Positions 18,870 to 28,528 of a DNA stretch of 64,000 bases are shown here, piece after piece (the first letter of the stretch is position 1; each line of letters starts with the position of its first letter). Below the pieces are notes generated by a model that worked only from the letters and a program-made list of their open reading frames with translations, was not told the origin of the DNA and ran no database searches. The stretch is taken from contig CAWCXJ010000009.1 in assembly GCA_963799485.1 (NCBI GenBank), positions 96,001 to 160,000 on the forward strand, written 5' to 3'. The translations under genes were made by a program, and so were the position numbers. Source of the DNA: an uncultured Trueperaceae bacterium (GTDB lineage: Bacteria; Deinococcota; Deinococci; Deinococcales; Trueperaceae).

Positions 18870-19499
18870 TTAGACTGGTTTGACCTCGAGCTGCCGGGGC
18901 GTCACAAGCCACTGCGCCAGCAGCAGGTTCGGCACCCACGATGTCCAGGCGACCATCATGTAGGCGACTTCAAAACCGAACGCTGCGCTCAGCAGGGGCA
19001 GCTCGAGGCGCAGCATGACGCCCGCAAACGTCAGGGCGAAGTTACGCACCGTCCAGCGGCGATGCTCAGCGACGTTGCCGTCACGGATGCGAACATAAGC
19101 CATCAGCCCGGTAGCGAGCCAGAGCAGCGCCAGGGTGGCAAAGCCGTTGCGGGCGATTTCGCCGGTATAAGCGTAGGTGGACATGTAGAGTCCGGCAAGA
19201 CCGCCGCACAAAACACCCAGCAGATAGACGCGGCCCAACCAGCGATGAACCGCGGGCCATCTCGCGCGTAGCCCGTTCAAAAATAAAAACGGCCCCAACG
19301 CCAAGGCGACCATACTACTAACGATGTGAAGGAGCAGCGCGGTCAAGTGGGCAGTATAGACGGCCCGCTGTTCGGGAAAAAAGACATCGGAATTGAGAGA
19401 CAAATACCGACCGGCGAGCAAAACGACGGACAAAGAGAGAAGGACGACAAGGCTCCAGCCAAGGTTGTTACGCACGTTTACGCTACGTTTTTGCTGCAT
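18870..19499 (-). CDS. DUF2306-like membrane protein
   Basis: VHRWLGRVY, HRRWTVRNFALTFAGVMLRL, AWTSWVPNLLLAQW. Confidence 0.85.
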   Translation of the reverse strand: MQQKRSVNVRNNLGWSLVVLLSLSVVLLAGRYLSLNSDVFFPEQRAVYTAHLTALLLHIVSSMVALALGPFLFLNGLRARWPAVHRWLGRVYLLGVLCGGLAGLYMSTYAYTGEIARNGFATLALLWLATGLMAYVRIRDGNVAEHRRWTVRNFALTFAGVMLRLELPLLSAAFGFEVAYMMVAWTSWVPNLLLAQWLVTPRQLEVKPV

Positions 19500-19870
19500 G
19501 TTTACATTTCACACTTTCTTGAACAGGTTTAGGGGAAAAGACGTCGAGCAATTTGCTATATCTGAGTTCGGCCTTTTCGGGCCGTTTCTACCTCCGGCAA
19601 GGGTTTGAACGTAATCGTCCAACAGAAGCGTCTGGAACGACATGACCGAGCGTACAGCCCGCTGCAGTCATATGATAAGTGACGGTCGTAACGAGGCAGT
19701 AGAAGGATTTGCTCCGGTTGCTCGAGCGTATGCGTAGCTAGAGACTAGAGTTTCGTCGCCCTGCAAGCTCAAAATGGTGTAAGGTGTCTCTGGTATTTAC
19801 AGGACGCGACATCAGCGCGGAGGTTAGCTGTGAGAACAGAGGATAGCGCAAACGAAACCACCTTGCAGAC

Positions 19871-19927
19871 CAGGTAACAACTGAGTAACAATTTCAGGTA
19901 ACATTGAGTGACAATTTCAGGTAACAA
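19871..19927. repeat. Short tandem array containing five GTRACA motifs
   Basis: CAGGTAACAACTGAGTAACAATTT / CAGGTAACATTGAGTGACAATTT / CAGGTAACAA. Confidence 0.85.
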
Positions 19928-20245
19928 GGTTTCGGGCGAGTTTAGATAATCGGCACAGTTTTTAGATGCCAGTGTGCAGCTTGACCTTCCCAAACCAACC
20001 GAACAACGTAAAACCCCTGCGGTGGCGACAAAAGCGCAGAACTCGAGCAGACCGACCGGCGACACTACTACGCCAGGCTGGGTTTCAGCGTGTGACCCGC
20101 CTGTATAAAAAACAGCGCTAAAGCCGGGTTGCTCAAAACCTATAGACCCTAAAAACTTAGCTGCGAACGTCGGTTTCGGCGTTCCCGTAAAAACTGAGGT
20201 TTGGGACTTTACGCTGACTCGCTCCCAAACCCGTGGAGGAAAGTT

Positions 20246-21979
20246 TTGAATCGAGGCAGAAAATTTTTGTCTTATTACAAACCCTATCGCGGCTTGCTCG
20301 TGGCAGATTTGGCGTGCGCTTTTGTGGTCGCCGCCGTCACGCTGACCCTGCCCTTGGGCGCACGCTACATCACCAAAACCTTTACAGAGGGGAACAGTCA
20401 TAACGCACTGAATCAAATCTACACGGTCGGCGCAGGAATGGTCGCTCTCATCGTCATTCACGCGCTCTGCTTGATGTTCGTCGATTATCAGGGGCACGCG
20501 ATGGGCGCGAAGATGGAACGCGATATGCGGCAGGAACTTTTTGAGCACTACCAAAAGTTGTCGTTCAGCTTTTTTGACGAGCGAAAAACGGGTCAACTCA
20601 TGAACCGGCTGACCAATGACACCTTCTGGCTCGGCGAGCTGTACCATCACGGCCCCGAGGATATCGTTATCGCGTCCTTGAAGTTTTTCGGCACTTTCGT
20701 AATTCTGTTGAGCATCAACGTTCCCTTAACGCTGATTGTCTTTCTCTTCTTACCCGTCATGGCGGGCTACGCGTTTTTCTTCAACAAACGGATGAACCGG
20801 GTGCTGCGGACAACCAAAGACCGCATCGGCGACATCAACGCACAAGCCGAAGACACGCTCGCAGGTATGAGAGTCGTCAAATCGTTGACCAACGAAGATA
20901 TTGAGACAGAGAAATTTGCAGCTGCCAACGACCGCTTTTTGGAGAGCCGTAAGGACGGCTACAAAAGCGAGGCGTACCTTTTCGCCGGGTTGATTGCCTT
21001 TACGCAGCTCCTCACCGTCGCGGTCATCGTTTTCGGCGGCGCGGGCATCGTGCAGGGTTCGCTGGATTTGGCCGACCTCGTGACCTACTTGCTTTATGTC
21101 GGCCTGCTGATCGAGCCGATTCGCACCGCGCTTAATTTTACGGTGCTGTACCAAGAAGGCGTGACCGGGTTCGACCGGCTGGTGGAGATGCTCGAGCTAA
21201 ACCCCGATGTTCAAGACGCACCAGGCGTAACCGAACTCACCCACGTGCGAGGAGATGTGGCGTTCAAAAGGGTCAGTTTCAGCTATAGGGAGGGGTCGGG
21301 GCACGTCCTCAAAGACCTCTCTTTGCAGGTCGAGGCGGGTGAATACGTCGCGCTGGTCGGGCCTTCCGGCGTGGGCAAGACTACGCTCTGCTCACTTATC
21401 CCACGTTTTTACGAGGTGGACGAAGGTGCAATTCTACTCGATGGTCACGACATCAAGAACGTCAGCTTGAAATCCTTGAGAAGCAACATCGGCGTCGTGC
21501 AGCAAGATGTTTATCTATTCGCTGGAACGGTCGCGGACAACATCCTTTACGGCAAGTTGGACGCAACGCAAGCCGAAATCATCAGCGCCGCGAAACAAGC
21601 CAATGCCCACGACTTTATTACGGCGCTGCCAGACGGTTACGGCACCGACATCGGGCAACGCGGCGTCAAGCTTTCGGGTGGACAAAAGCAGCGCTTAAGT
21701 ATCGCCAGAGTCTTTTTGAAAAATCCGCCTGTTCTCATCTTCGACGAGGCGACGAGTTCCTTGGACAACGAGAGCGAACGGGCGGTTCAGGAGGCGCTCG
21801 AGACCCTTACCCACAAGCGCACGACCATTGTGATTGCCCACCGCTTGTCAACTGTCAGGAACGCAGACCGGATTATCGTTTTGACCGAATCGGGCGTTGC
21901 AGAACAGGGGAACCATCAGGCGCTGATGGCGGCAGGTGGCGTCTATGCGAACCTGCACGAGCTGCAGTTACGACTCTGA
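20246..21979 (+). CDS. ABC exporter, fused permease/ATPase (MsbA/MdlB-like)
   Basis: TM domain, GPSGVGKTT, LSGGQKQR, LIFDEATSSLD, IAHRLST; TTG at 20246 follows GGAGG. Confidence 0.95.
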   Translation: MNRGRKFLSYYKPYRGLLVADLACAFVVAAVTLTLPLGARYITKTFTEGNSHNALNQIYTVGAGMVALIVIHALCLMFVDYQGHAMGAKMERDMRQELFEHYQKLSFSFFDERKTGQLMNRLTNDTFWLGELYHHGPEDIVIASLKFFGTFVILLSINVPLTLIVFLFLPVMAGYAFFFNKRMNRVLRTTKDRIGDINAQAEDTLAGMRVVKSLTNEDIETEKFAAANDRFLESRKDGYKSEAYLFAGLIAFTQLLTVAVIVFGGAGIVQGSLDLADLVTYLLYVGLLIEPIRTALNFTVLYQEGVTGFDRLVEMLELNPDVQDAPGVTELTHVRGDVAFKRVSFSYREGSGHVLKDLSLQVEAGEYVALVGPSGVGKTTLCSLIPRFYEVDEGAILLDGHDIKNVSLKSLRSNIGVVQQDVYLFAGTVADNILYGKLDATQAEIISAAKQANAHDFITALPDGYGTDIGQRGVKLSGGQKQRLSIARVFLKNPPVLIFDEATSSLDNESERAVQEALETLTHKRTTIVIAHRLSTVRNADRIIVLTESGVAEQGNHQALMAAGGVYANLHELQLRL

Positions 21980-22210
21980 GGTTGAACCGTTATTAGGTAT
22001 AGTCGAAGCGCCGACTTTCTGAACGTCGCCTGAGCGCTGCGAGATGCTCAGAGGGGTGGCTCGAGCCACTCAAAACACACCTCAAAAAGTCGCTGAAACC
22101 TGCTTTCGCTTACCAGGTGTTTTGGGGCCGCATGATAGACTTTATTAGAGAGAAATCTGCGGTTTCAGCCTTGTCACACACGGCTCAGACTACGTTAGCG
22201 GAGGTTTTTT

Positions 22211-22579
22211 ATGTACCGAGGAAGAGAAGGGCAGTGGGCGTTCGTGCTTCACCGCCTCTCCGGGGTGGCGTTGGCACTCTACTTGATGCTCCACGTGCTC
22301 GACATCAGCCTGGTGATGTACGGCCCCGACGGGCCTTTTAACGCCTTTTTAGCGTTTTACCACCAGTGGCCCTTTCGTATCGGCCTGATTTTGATTATGG
22401 CGGCGGTCGTCTATCACGCGTTCAATGGGCTCCGCATCATCCTGATGGATTTTACGAGTTGGGGCACGAAGTATCACCGGCAGCTCTGGTACGGCGTTTT
22501 GGGCGCGACTACGATTATCGGCATTCCGGTTCTGCTCAAAATTGTCCCGGAAATTTTCGGGGCCGGACGTGGTGGTTAA
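22211..22579 (+). CDS. sdhC: Succinate dehydrogenase cytochrome b556 subunit
   Basis: MYRGREGQWAFVLHRLSG, YHAFNGLRIILMDF; first gene of the sdh operon. Confidence 0.93.
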   Translation: MYRGREGQWAFVLHRLSGVALALYLMLHVLDISLVMYGPDGPFNAFLAFYHQWPFRIGLILIMAAVVYHAFNGLRIILMDFTSWGTKYHRQLWYGVLGATTIIGIPVLLKIVPEIFGAGRGG

Positions 22580-22581
22580 GT

Positions 22582-22998
22582 ATGGCGGTTAAACCACGCA
22601 CCCTCCGCGAAGCCAAGGTGACCTACAATACCAACGGCGAACTCGCGTGGTGGGTCTTTATGCGCGTTTCGGGTCTGGTGCTGATATTTTTGGTTTTTGG
22701 TCACGTGTTTTTCAACAACATCGCTTTCAACGCCGGTCAGATCGATTACACCTACGTCGCCAACCGCTTTTCGCAGTCTTGGGTCAAGGTTTACGACTCG
22801 TTTTTGCTGGGTTTTGCGATGCTTCACGGCGTCAACGGCCTGCGTTACAGCGTTGAGGATTATATCCGGCGTCCGGGACGGCGGTTTTGGACGAAGATTC
22901 TGCTCTACTCCGTCGCCGGGGTCATGCTCGTCCTCGGGGTGATGACCTTGTGGGCCTTTTCATACGAAGAGATGGGCGACGCGGTTCGTGCGCTCTAG
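22582..22998 (+). CDS. sdhD: Succinate dehydrogenase hydrophobic anchor subunit
   Basis: WWVFMRVSG, LHGVNGLRYSVEDY; start taken at ATG 22582. Confidence 0.9.
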   Translation: MAVKPRTLREAKVTYNTNGELAWWVFMRVSGLVLIFLVFGHVFFNNIAFNAGQIDYTYVANRFSQSWVKVYDSFLLGFAMLHGVNGLRYSVEDYIRRPGRRFWTKILLYSVAGVMLVLGVMTLWAFSYEEMGDAVRAL

Positions 22999-23012
22999 CA
23001 AAAGGAGTTTTG

Positions 23013-24752
23013 ATGTCGCAGCTTCATAAATTTGACGTACTCGTCGTCGGTGCGGGTGGCGCTGGCCTGATGGCGGCCCGCTACGCGGCGCAGCAGCCGG
23101 GCGTTTCGGTCGCAGTAGTCAGCAAACTCTACCCGACGCGTTCGCACACCGGGGCGGCGCAAGGGGGCGTCGGCGCGGCGCTCGGTAACGTCTCCGAAGA
23201 TCATCCGGAGTGGCACGCCTTCGACACGATTAAAGGCGGCGACTACCTTACCGACCAGGATGTGGCGGAGATGTTCGCGCACGAGGTCGTCGAAGCGGTG
23301 TATGAACTCGAGCACATGGGTCTGCCCTTTTCCCGCACGCCCGAAGGCAAAATCGCCCAGCGCAAGTTCGGCGGTCACACCAGAGAGTTCGGCAAGTCGG
23401 CTGTCGAACGCGCTTGTTACGCCGCCGACCGCACCGGACACATGATTTTGCAGACCTTGTACCAGCAGTCGATCAAAAATAACGTGACGTTTTTTAACGA
23501 GTTTCACGTTTTAGACATCTTGATCGAAGACGGTGAATGCCGTGGTGTCGTCGCGTATGAACTCGCCACCGGCGAACTGCACACCTTTCAGGCGAAGTCT
23601 ACGATTTTGGCTTCGGGCGGCAACGGGCGGATGTTCAAGGTCACCTCAAACGCGCACGCGCTGACCGGCGACCTGATGAGCGTGGTGTACCGGCGCGGCG
23701 TCCCATTAGAAGACCCCGAGTTCTACCAGTTTCATCCGACCGGGCTCTATAAAATCGGAGTATTGCTGACTGAAGGGGCAAGGGGCGAGGGCGCAATCTT
23801 GCGCAACCAGGACGGCGAGCGTTTTATGGAACGTTACGCCCCATCGATTAAAGACCTGGCCCCGCGCGATATGGTCTCGAGGGCCATGTACTTGGAGATG
23901 CGCGAAGGACGCGGCGTCGGCCCCGACAAAGATTACATCAACCTAGACCTGACCCACATCGACGCCGAGATTATCGAAAAACGGTTGCCGGACATCACTG
24001 AGTTCGCGCGCATTTACCTGGGCGTCGACCCCATCAGCGAACCCGTCCCGGTGCAACCGACCGCGCACTACGCGATGGGCGGCATTCCCACGACGATTCA
24101 CACCGAAGTCATCGGCGCAGCTGATAACAGCGTCATTCCCGGTCTTTACGCTGCCGGTGAAGTGGCGTGTGCGTCGCTGCACGGGGCCAACCGCCTCGGT
24201 ACGAACAGCCTGGGCGACCTGATTGTGTTCGGTCGGCGTGCCGGCATCTACGCGGCGAAATATGCGGCTCAAGCGTCGTTTAATAAGCTTCCGGAGCAGC
24301 CGCAAGACTTTACCCGCAACTTGCTCGATAAAGCCTTAAACGGCCCCGGTAAGGAGCGCGTTTCGCATATCCGTAAAGATATGCAGGAAACGATGCAAGA
24401 CAACGCCTCGGTTTTCCGCACCGATGAAACGCTCTCGAAGCAGATTGAAATCGTCAAAGAGCTTAAAGGCCGGTACAAAGACATCGGCGTCGAAGACCAG
24501 GGCAAGCAGTACAACACCGAACTGATGGAGGCGCTCGAGCTAGGCTTTTTGCTCGACAACGCCGAAGCCCTCGTGTACGCGGCGCACAACCGCAAAGAGT
24601 CGCGCGGCGCGCACTCCCGCGAAGACTATAAAGAGCGCGACGACGGCGAATGGCTCAAACACACCCTCGTTCATAAAGACGGTGACGGCGTGTGCATTGA
24701 CTACAAACCCGTCACACTCGGTAAATACGAACCGAAACCGAGGGTCTATTAA
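23013..24752 (+). CDS. sdhA: Succinate dehydrogenase flavoprotein
   Basis: GAGGAG, RSHTGAAQGG, QFHPT, TEGARGEG, HYAMGG, LHGANRLGTNSL, ESRGAH; ATG 23013 after AAGGAG. Confidence 0.97.
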   Translation: MSQLHKFDVLVVGAGGAGLMAARYAAQQPGVSVAVVSKLYPTRSHTGAAQGGVGAALGNVSEDHPEWHAFDTIKGGDYLTDQDVAEMFAHEVVEAVYELEHMGLPFSRTPEGKIAQRKFGGHTREFGKSAVERACYAADRTGHMILQTLYQQSIKNNVTFFNEFHVLDILIEDGECRGVVAYELATGELHTFQAKSTILASGGNGRMFKVTSNAHALTGDLMSVVYRRGVPLEDPEFYQFHPTGLYKIGVLLTEGARGEGAILRNQDGERFMERYAPSIKDLAPRDMVSRAMYLEMREGRGVGPDKDYINLDLTHIDAEIIEKRLPDITEFARIYLGVDPISEPVPVQPTAHYAMGGIPTTIHTEVIGAADNSVIPGLYAAGEVACASLHGANRLGTNSLGDLIVFGRRAGIYAAKYAAQASFNKLPEQPQDFTRNLLDKALNGPGKERVSHIRKDMQETMQDNASVFRTDETLSKQIEIVKELKGRYKDIGVEDQGKQYNTELMEALELGFLLDNAEALVYAAHNRKESRGAHSREDYKERDDGEWLKHTLVHKDGDGVCIDYKPVTLGKYEPKPRVY

Positions 24753-24831
24753 GTGAAAAGCAACGAGCAATGAGTAGAAGCTTGTCACTCACTGCTCGTT
24801 GCTCGGCGCTCATTACTAAAAAAAGGAACTC

Positions 24832-25554
24832 ATGCCTGAACCCGCCATGCAAGAAAAACAAATCACTGTTAAGATCAAGCGCTTCAACCCTGAAAAGGAC
24901 AAACGCCCGTACTGGGCCGAGTACAAACTCAAAGCGCGCGGCACCGACCGCGTTTTAGACGTCCTCAACCAAATCAAATGGGAAACCGACGGTACTTTGT
25001 CATATCGCCGTTCGTGCGCCCACGGCATCTGCGGCTCCGACGCCATGCTGATTAACGGTGTCAACCGGCTCGCGTGTAAGATTTTAGTACGCGACTTGGG
25101 CGATACCATCAAAGTCGAACCGATTCGCGGCCTGACGGTCGTCAAAGACATGATCGTCGATATGGAGCCGTTTTTCGATTCATACAAGGCTGTCTTGCCT
25201 TACTTTATCAACGACGAACCCGCCCCTACCGGCGAACGGCTCCAAAGCCCCGAAGACCGCGAAATCTTCGATGCGACGACCAAGTGCATCCTCTGCGCCG
25301 CCTGCACGACCTCATGTCCGGTGTTCTGGACGAACGGTTCGTACTTAGGGCCAGCGGCAATCGTCAATGCACACCGCTTTATTTTCGACTCGAGAGACGA
25401 AGGTACGCCTGACCGCTTGCAAGTTTTAGGGCAAGCGAACGGTCTCTGGCGTTGCCGCACGGCGTATAACTGCACTGAAGCGTGCCCCAGGGGGATTCCA
25501 ATCACGCAGGCGATTGAAGATGTGAAAAAAGAGTTGCTCTGGCGTCGGGCTTGA
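24832..25554 (+). CDS. sdhB: Succinate dehydrogenase iron-sulfur subunit
   Basis: SCAHGICGSD, CILCAACTTSCP, CRTAYNCTEACP. Confidence 0.97.
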   Translation: MPEPAMQEKQITVKIKRFNPEKDKRPYWAEYKLKARGTDRVLDVLNQIKWETDGTLSYRRSCAHGICGSDAMLINGVNRLACKILVRDLGDTIKVEPIRGLTVVKDMIVDMEPFFDSYKAVLPYFINDEPAPTGERLQSPEDREIFDATTKCILCAACTTSCPVFWTNGSYLGPAAIVNAHRFIFDSRDEGTPDRLQVLGQANGLWRCRTAYNCTEACPRGIPITQAIEDVKKELLWRRA

Positions 25555-25569
25555 TACTGAAGATAGAGT

Positions 25570-25599
25570 AAAGAAGAGGCGTTGCAACGCCTCTTCTTT
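25570..25599. terminator. Palindromic terminator after sdhB
   Basis: AAAGAAGAGGCGTTG/CAACGCCTCTTCTTT is a perfect palindrome. Confidence 0.8.
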
Positions 25600-25635
25600 C
25601 AAAGGCTACAAAGCTGCTCGCTACGAACCTTTGTA

Positions 25636-26517
25636 GGTAATGGCTCAATCACGAATGACAGCCCTACGTTCAAAGCTGTAACGGTGTAAAAAGAGGTGCA
25701 GGCAGATGAGGTGCACTAGAGCGGGCAACCTTCGGTCGGCCCTCATGGGCCTAGTTATCTCGTCGGATTTGGAGAAGGAAAAGGTCTTACGGACAAACCG
25801 CGCAGGCCGCTGCCTGATAGTGTTGTAAAACCGCTCGGTGTGAGCGGTGAGACAGCGTCTTTGCCAACAGCCTGGTGGTGTTCATCAGGGATGACGGCTT
25901 GGTAAGCGTCCCGAAGTCGGTAAAGCAGCTGCCTTGCTTGGAAACCTCAGGAATAGCTTGCCATAAGTAACGACAGGTTGCGACGCCTCTACCTCCAACA
26001 ACACAGACAACTACTTGCCGGGTGTGCTTGCAGAGCGCCAACCAAATCCAGCGTTTGTTGCTCTTGCAGCGTACAAACGACCAGAGTGCCCCAAACGAAG
26101 TGGCAAGGTACATTTCGGCTAGTTCCAGGCAGACCGTCTTCGGCTCATTGGGTTGCGTGTCTTTAGGAGGCGGCAGCGTCATGACTCTCGAGCCATTTGG
26201 TCACGGTGTTACGTGACGCCAGCGCCGCGGCTTTGCCGTCCAGCAAACGTGCGTGCCAGACCCCGCAGACTCGAGCGCTTCTGGTAAGCTCTAGGTATCT
26301 CTTACACGCCTCGCTGTAGCCGAAGTCTGGGTTTGCTAATCGCCTTACCGCACGCTCGATACCGACACTTCTGCCGTTAGGCGCTCTGCCGTTCCCGACA
26401 AGCTGTTCGCGCCCGCAGCGGACAGGCCCGGGAGGTGCCGTTTTGTTCAAGACAGGGATAGCACTTAACGCTAACTATCCCTTAGCTTATCGGCTTGACG
26501 TGAACCATTCCCCTTTT
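25636..26517 (-). mobile_element. Degenerate IS1-family element
   Basis: End GGTAATGG at 25636. InsB-like LWSFV..KRWIWLALCKHTRQVV..VGGR, CFTDF and ERFYNTIRQR..RFVRKTFSFSKS. InsA part shared with 9044-9435. Multiple frameshifts and inserts. Confidence 0.88.
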
Positions 26518-26613
26518 GCAAGATGTCTATACAAAACCGCCCAAAAACCACAGCAGAAACCGGGGTTGGCCTTCCCCGGGTTTTTATGCTGTTGTGTTCG
26601 GGGTGGTCATCGT

Positions 26614-27618
26614 TTATGTACGCCCCAGTTGTTTGGCGGCTTCGACGAGTGATGAGGGTGCCTGAGCCGGTTCCGTCACGATGCGGTGGATGGTCTGCAG
26701 GGTACCCCCCAGAAAACTCCGTCCATCGTCGAAAAAGCTGTTTTTGTCTAGATAGCTGCCGGGGCCGTCGTGATCCACCGGCCCCATCGGGATAACGCTG
26801 ATTTTGCCCCGCCGTTTTGCCTGATTCCAGTACGAATTGGCGACAACGGGCCAGCGCCCCGGAAAAACAACTGCACCCAGGGTCTGAACACGATCCTTGC
26901 TGCCTGCAAGGTGATAGAGATGTGTAAGGGTTTCAAGACCCCGGTCTGAGGCCATCACCCCGCCGAGTGAAATCATGGTGATCGGCGCGCCCAGAGCGCG
27001 GCTCAGATAAGGTGCAGCCCCGAGTGAAATCTGAGCCCCGCCGCTATAACCGATCAACGTGACGGGGACGCCGCTACCGGGTCTGTAACTGTTTTTCAGA
27101 AGGCTGTTGAGGATGACTTGCGCTTCCCCCTGGTTGTAGACGGGGCCGTAACGTTTGTCGGCTGAGACCAAGACCTGCAAGAGGTTGCGGATATTGATAG
27201 TAAAGCCGACGAGTGGACGTTTGCCCTCGACTTTGAGCTTGAACGCGCGCCGCCAAAAGCGTGACAAGAGCCTGCCTTCGGTCAGGTCGGTATTGGTCAC
27301 CGAATAGGGCATGATGTCGCCCAGGACTACGGCGTCCGGTAAGGCGTCGCTGAGCCGGTCGAGCAGATCTTGAACGTCGCCGTAATTGACCGCGCCGACT
27401 TTGGCGATCCCATCAAGAAATATGAGGTAGTGCTGTTTGACGGGAGTCGGTCGGGTACCGGCGGCCTGATAAGGCACCGGACTGTGCGCAGCCGGGGCGT
27501 GCAAGCATTCGTCGTACCGACCTGCCCACCACTCGAGCGACTCGAGTGGTGCGAGCAGCAGCGCGACGACAATTCCTGCAAAAACGACACCCAAAAACAG
27601 ATAAAGGCTATCTATCAC
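26614..27618 (-). CDS. Membrane-anchored alpha/beta-hydrolase-like protein
   Basis: N-terminal TM helix, LIGYSGGAQ nucleophile elbow, GSKDRV and GPVDHDGP (candidate Ser-Asp-His). Confidence 0.7.
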   Translation of the reverse strand: MIDSLYLFLGVVFAGIVVALLLAPLESLEWWAGRYDECLHAPAAHSPVPYQAAGTRPTPVKQHYLIFLDGIAKVGAVNYGDVQDLLDRLSDALPDAVVLGDIMPYSVTNTDLTEGRLLSRFWRRAFKLKVEGKRPLVGFTINIRNLLQVLVSADKRYGPVYNQGEAQVILNSLLKNSYRPGSGVPVTLIGYSGGAQISLGAAPYLSRALGAPITMISLGGVMASDRGLETLTHLYHLAGSKDRVQTLGAVVFPGRWPVVANSYWNQAKRRGKISVIPMGPVDHDGPGSYLDKNSFFDDGRSFLGGTLQTIHRIVTEPAQAPSSLVEAAKQLGRT

Positions 27619-28321
27619 CGTACCCGCCCTCCTCGCATTCTCCCTGTGCGGACGCAGAACCGAGGCGAATATCTCGGCCCGTAGCGGCGTCGGCGTCCGG
27701 GTTTTTGTCCATGAGCGCCTCGAGGCTGCGCCAGTCCGTTACGACCTCAGCGCCCGCCGCGCGCCGTCTGAGCCAGCGGGCTACGCCGACTACCGGGCGT
27801 CCTACGGTTCGCTCCAAAAACTGCAACATCAGCCACCCCAGCGCGCTGCATAATAGCGCCTGCCACTCGGTTATACCGAGGACGCTGCTCACCCCGGTCA
27901 GAATAGCCAGCAGGCTCCAGAGGCTGAGCAGTACAAAGACCGGGACGCCGAAAAACGGCATAAAGACGAGCAAGCCGAAGACCCGGGGTGCGTAGCCGAG
28001 GCCGACGGCGGTCGCAACACTGCGCCAGACGGCGTCGCTATGAAAAACGTAGCGCACGATTAAAAAGATGCTCGTCGTCCAAAACAAGTAGGTAAAGGCG
28101 AAGATAACGGCGGCGATAGCGAGACTCGCCGCAAAACGCCCCAACTTTATCCGGTTGATAAAAAGCACCGCGCTCTGACCCAGCGCCGTTGAAAAACCTG
28201 TGAGTAGCACCACCAAAAGGGCGATTCTCAGCCCGGTCGGTAACGCGTCAGCTTGCCCAAAAACCTGGGCCTCGAGCCGCAGCGCTCCGTTTAACAGATT
28301 CCAGAACGTCGCTTCGGGCAT
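27608..28321 (-). CDS. Yip1-like polytopic membrane protein
   Basis: About five TM helices, AVGLGYAP motif; overlaps the downstream hydrolase-like gene. Confidence 0.65.
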   Translation of the reverse strand: MPEATFWNLLNGALRLEAQVFGQADALPTGLRIALLVVLLTGFSTALGQSAVLFINRIKLGRFAASLAIAAVIFAFTYLFWTTSIFLIVRYVFHSDAVWRSVATAVGLGYAPRVFGLLVFMPFFGVPVFVLLSLWSLLAILTGVSSVLGITEWQALLCSALGWLMLQFLERTVGRPVVGVARWLRRRAAGAEVVTDWRSLEALMDKNPDADAATGRDIRLGSASAQGECEEGGYGDR

Positions 28322-28528
28322 GATTTTGGCAGTGTACCCCGACTCGAGGTCACGTAGGTTTGGCAGTGCGGGTTTTGGCTTCGTCCAGGTTTTGCTGACA
28401 GCGGACGTCTGAGAAACGCTTTTGACCTTACGGCAAAAGAGCGAAGCCCGTACTTAACTGTTTTTTACGTCCAACCCGGGAAAAAGTCGCTGAAAGTTTG
28501 CCCCGAACAAGTTGCCGTAACAACAGAA

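Noticed and set aside
19769..20650. 293-aa minus-strand ORF and similar long shadow ORFs (e.g. 14818-15771, 45092-45721, 48833-49552)
   Set aside because: Antisense to well-supported genes, no motifs; typical of GC-rich codon bias.
24758..24803. Hairpin between sdhA and sdhB as an ncRNA
   Set aside because: Single intercistronic stem (AGCAACGAGCA/TGCTCGTTGCT), most simply an mRNA stability element; no second copy seen.
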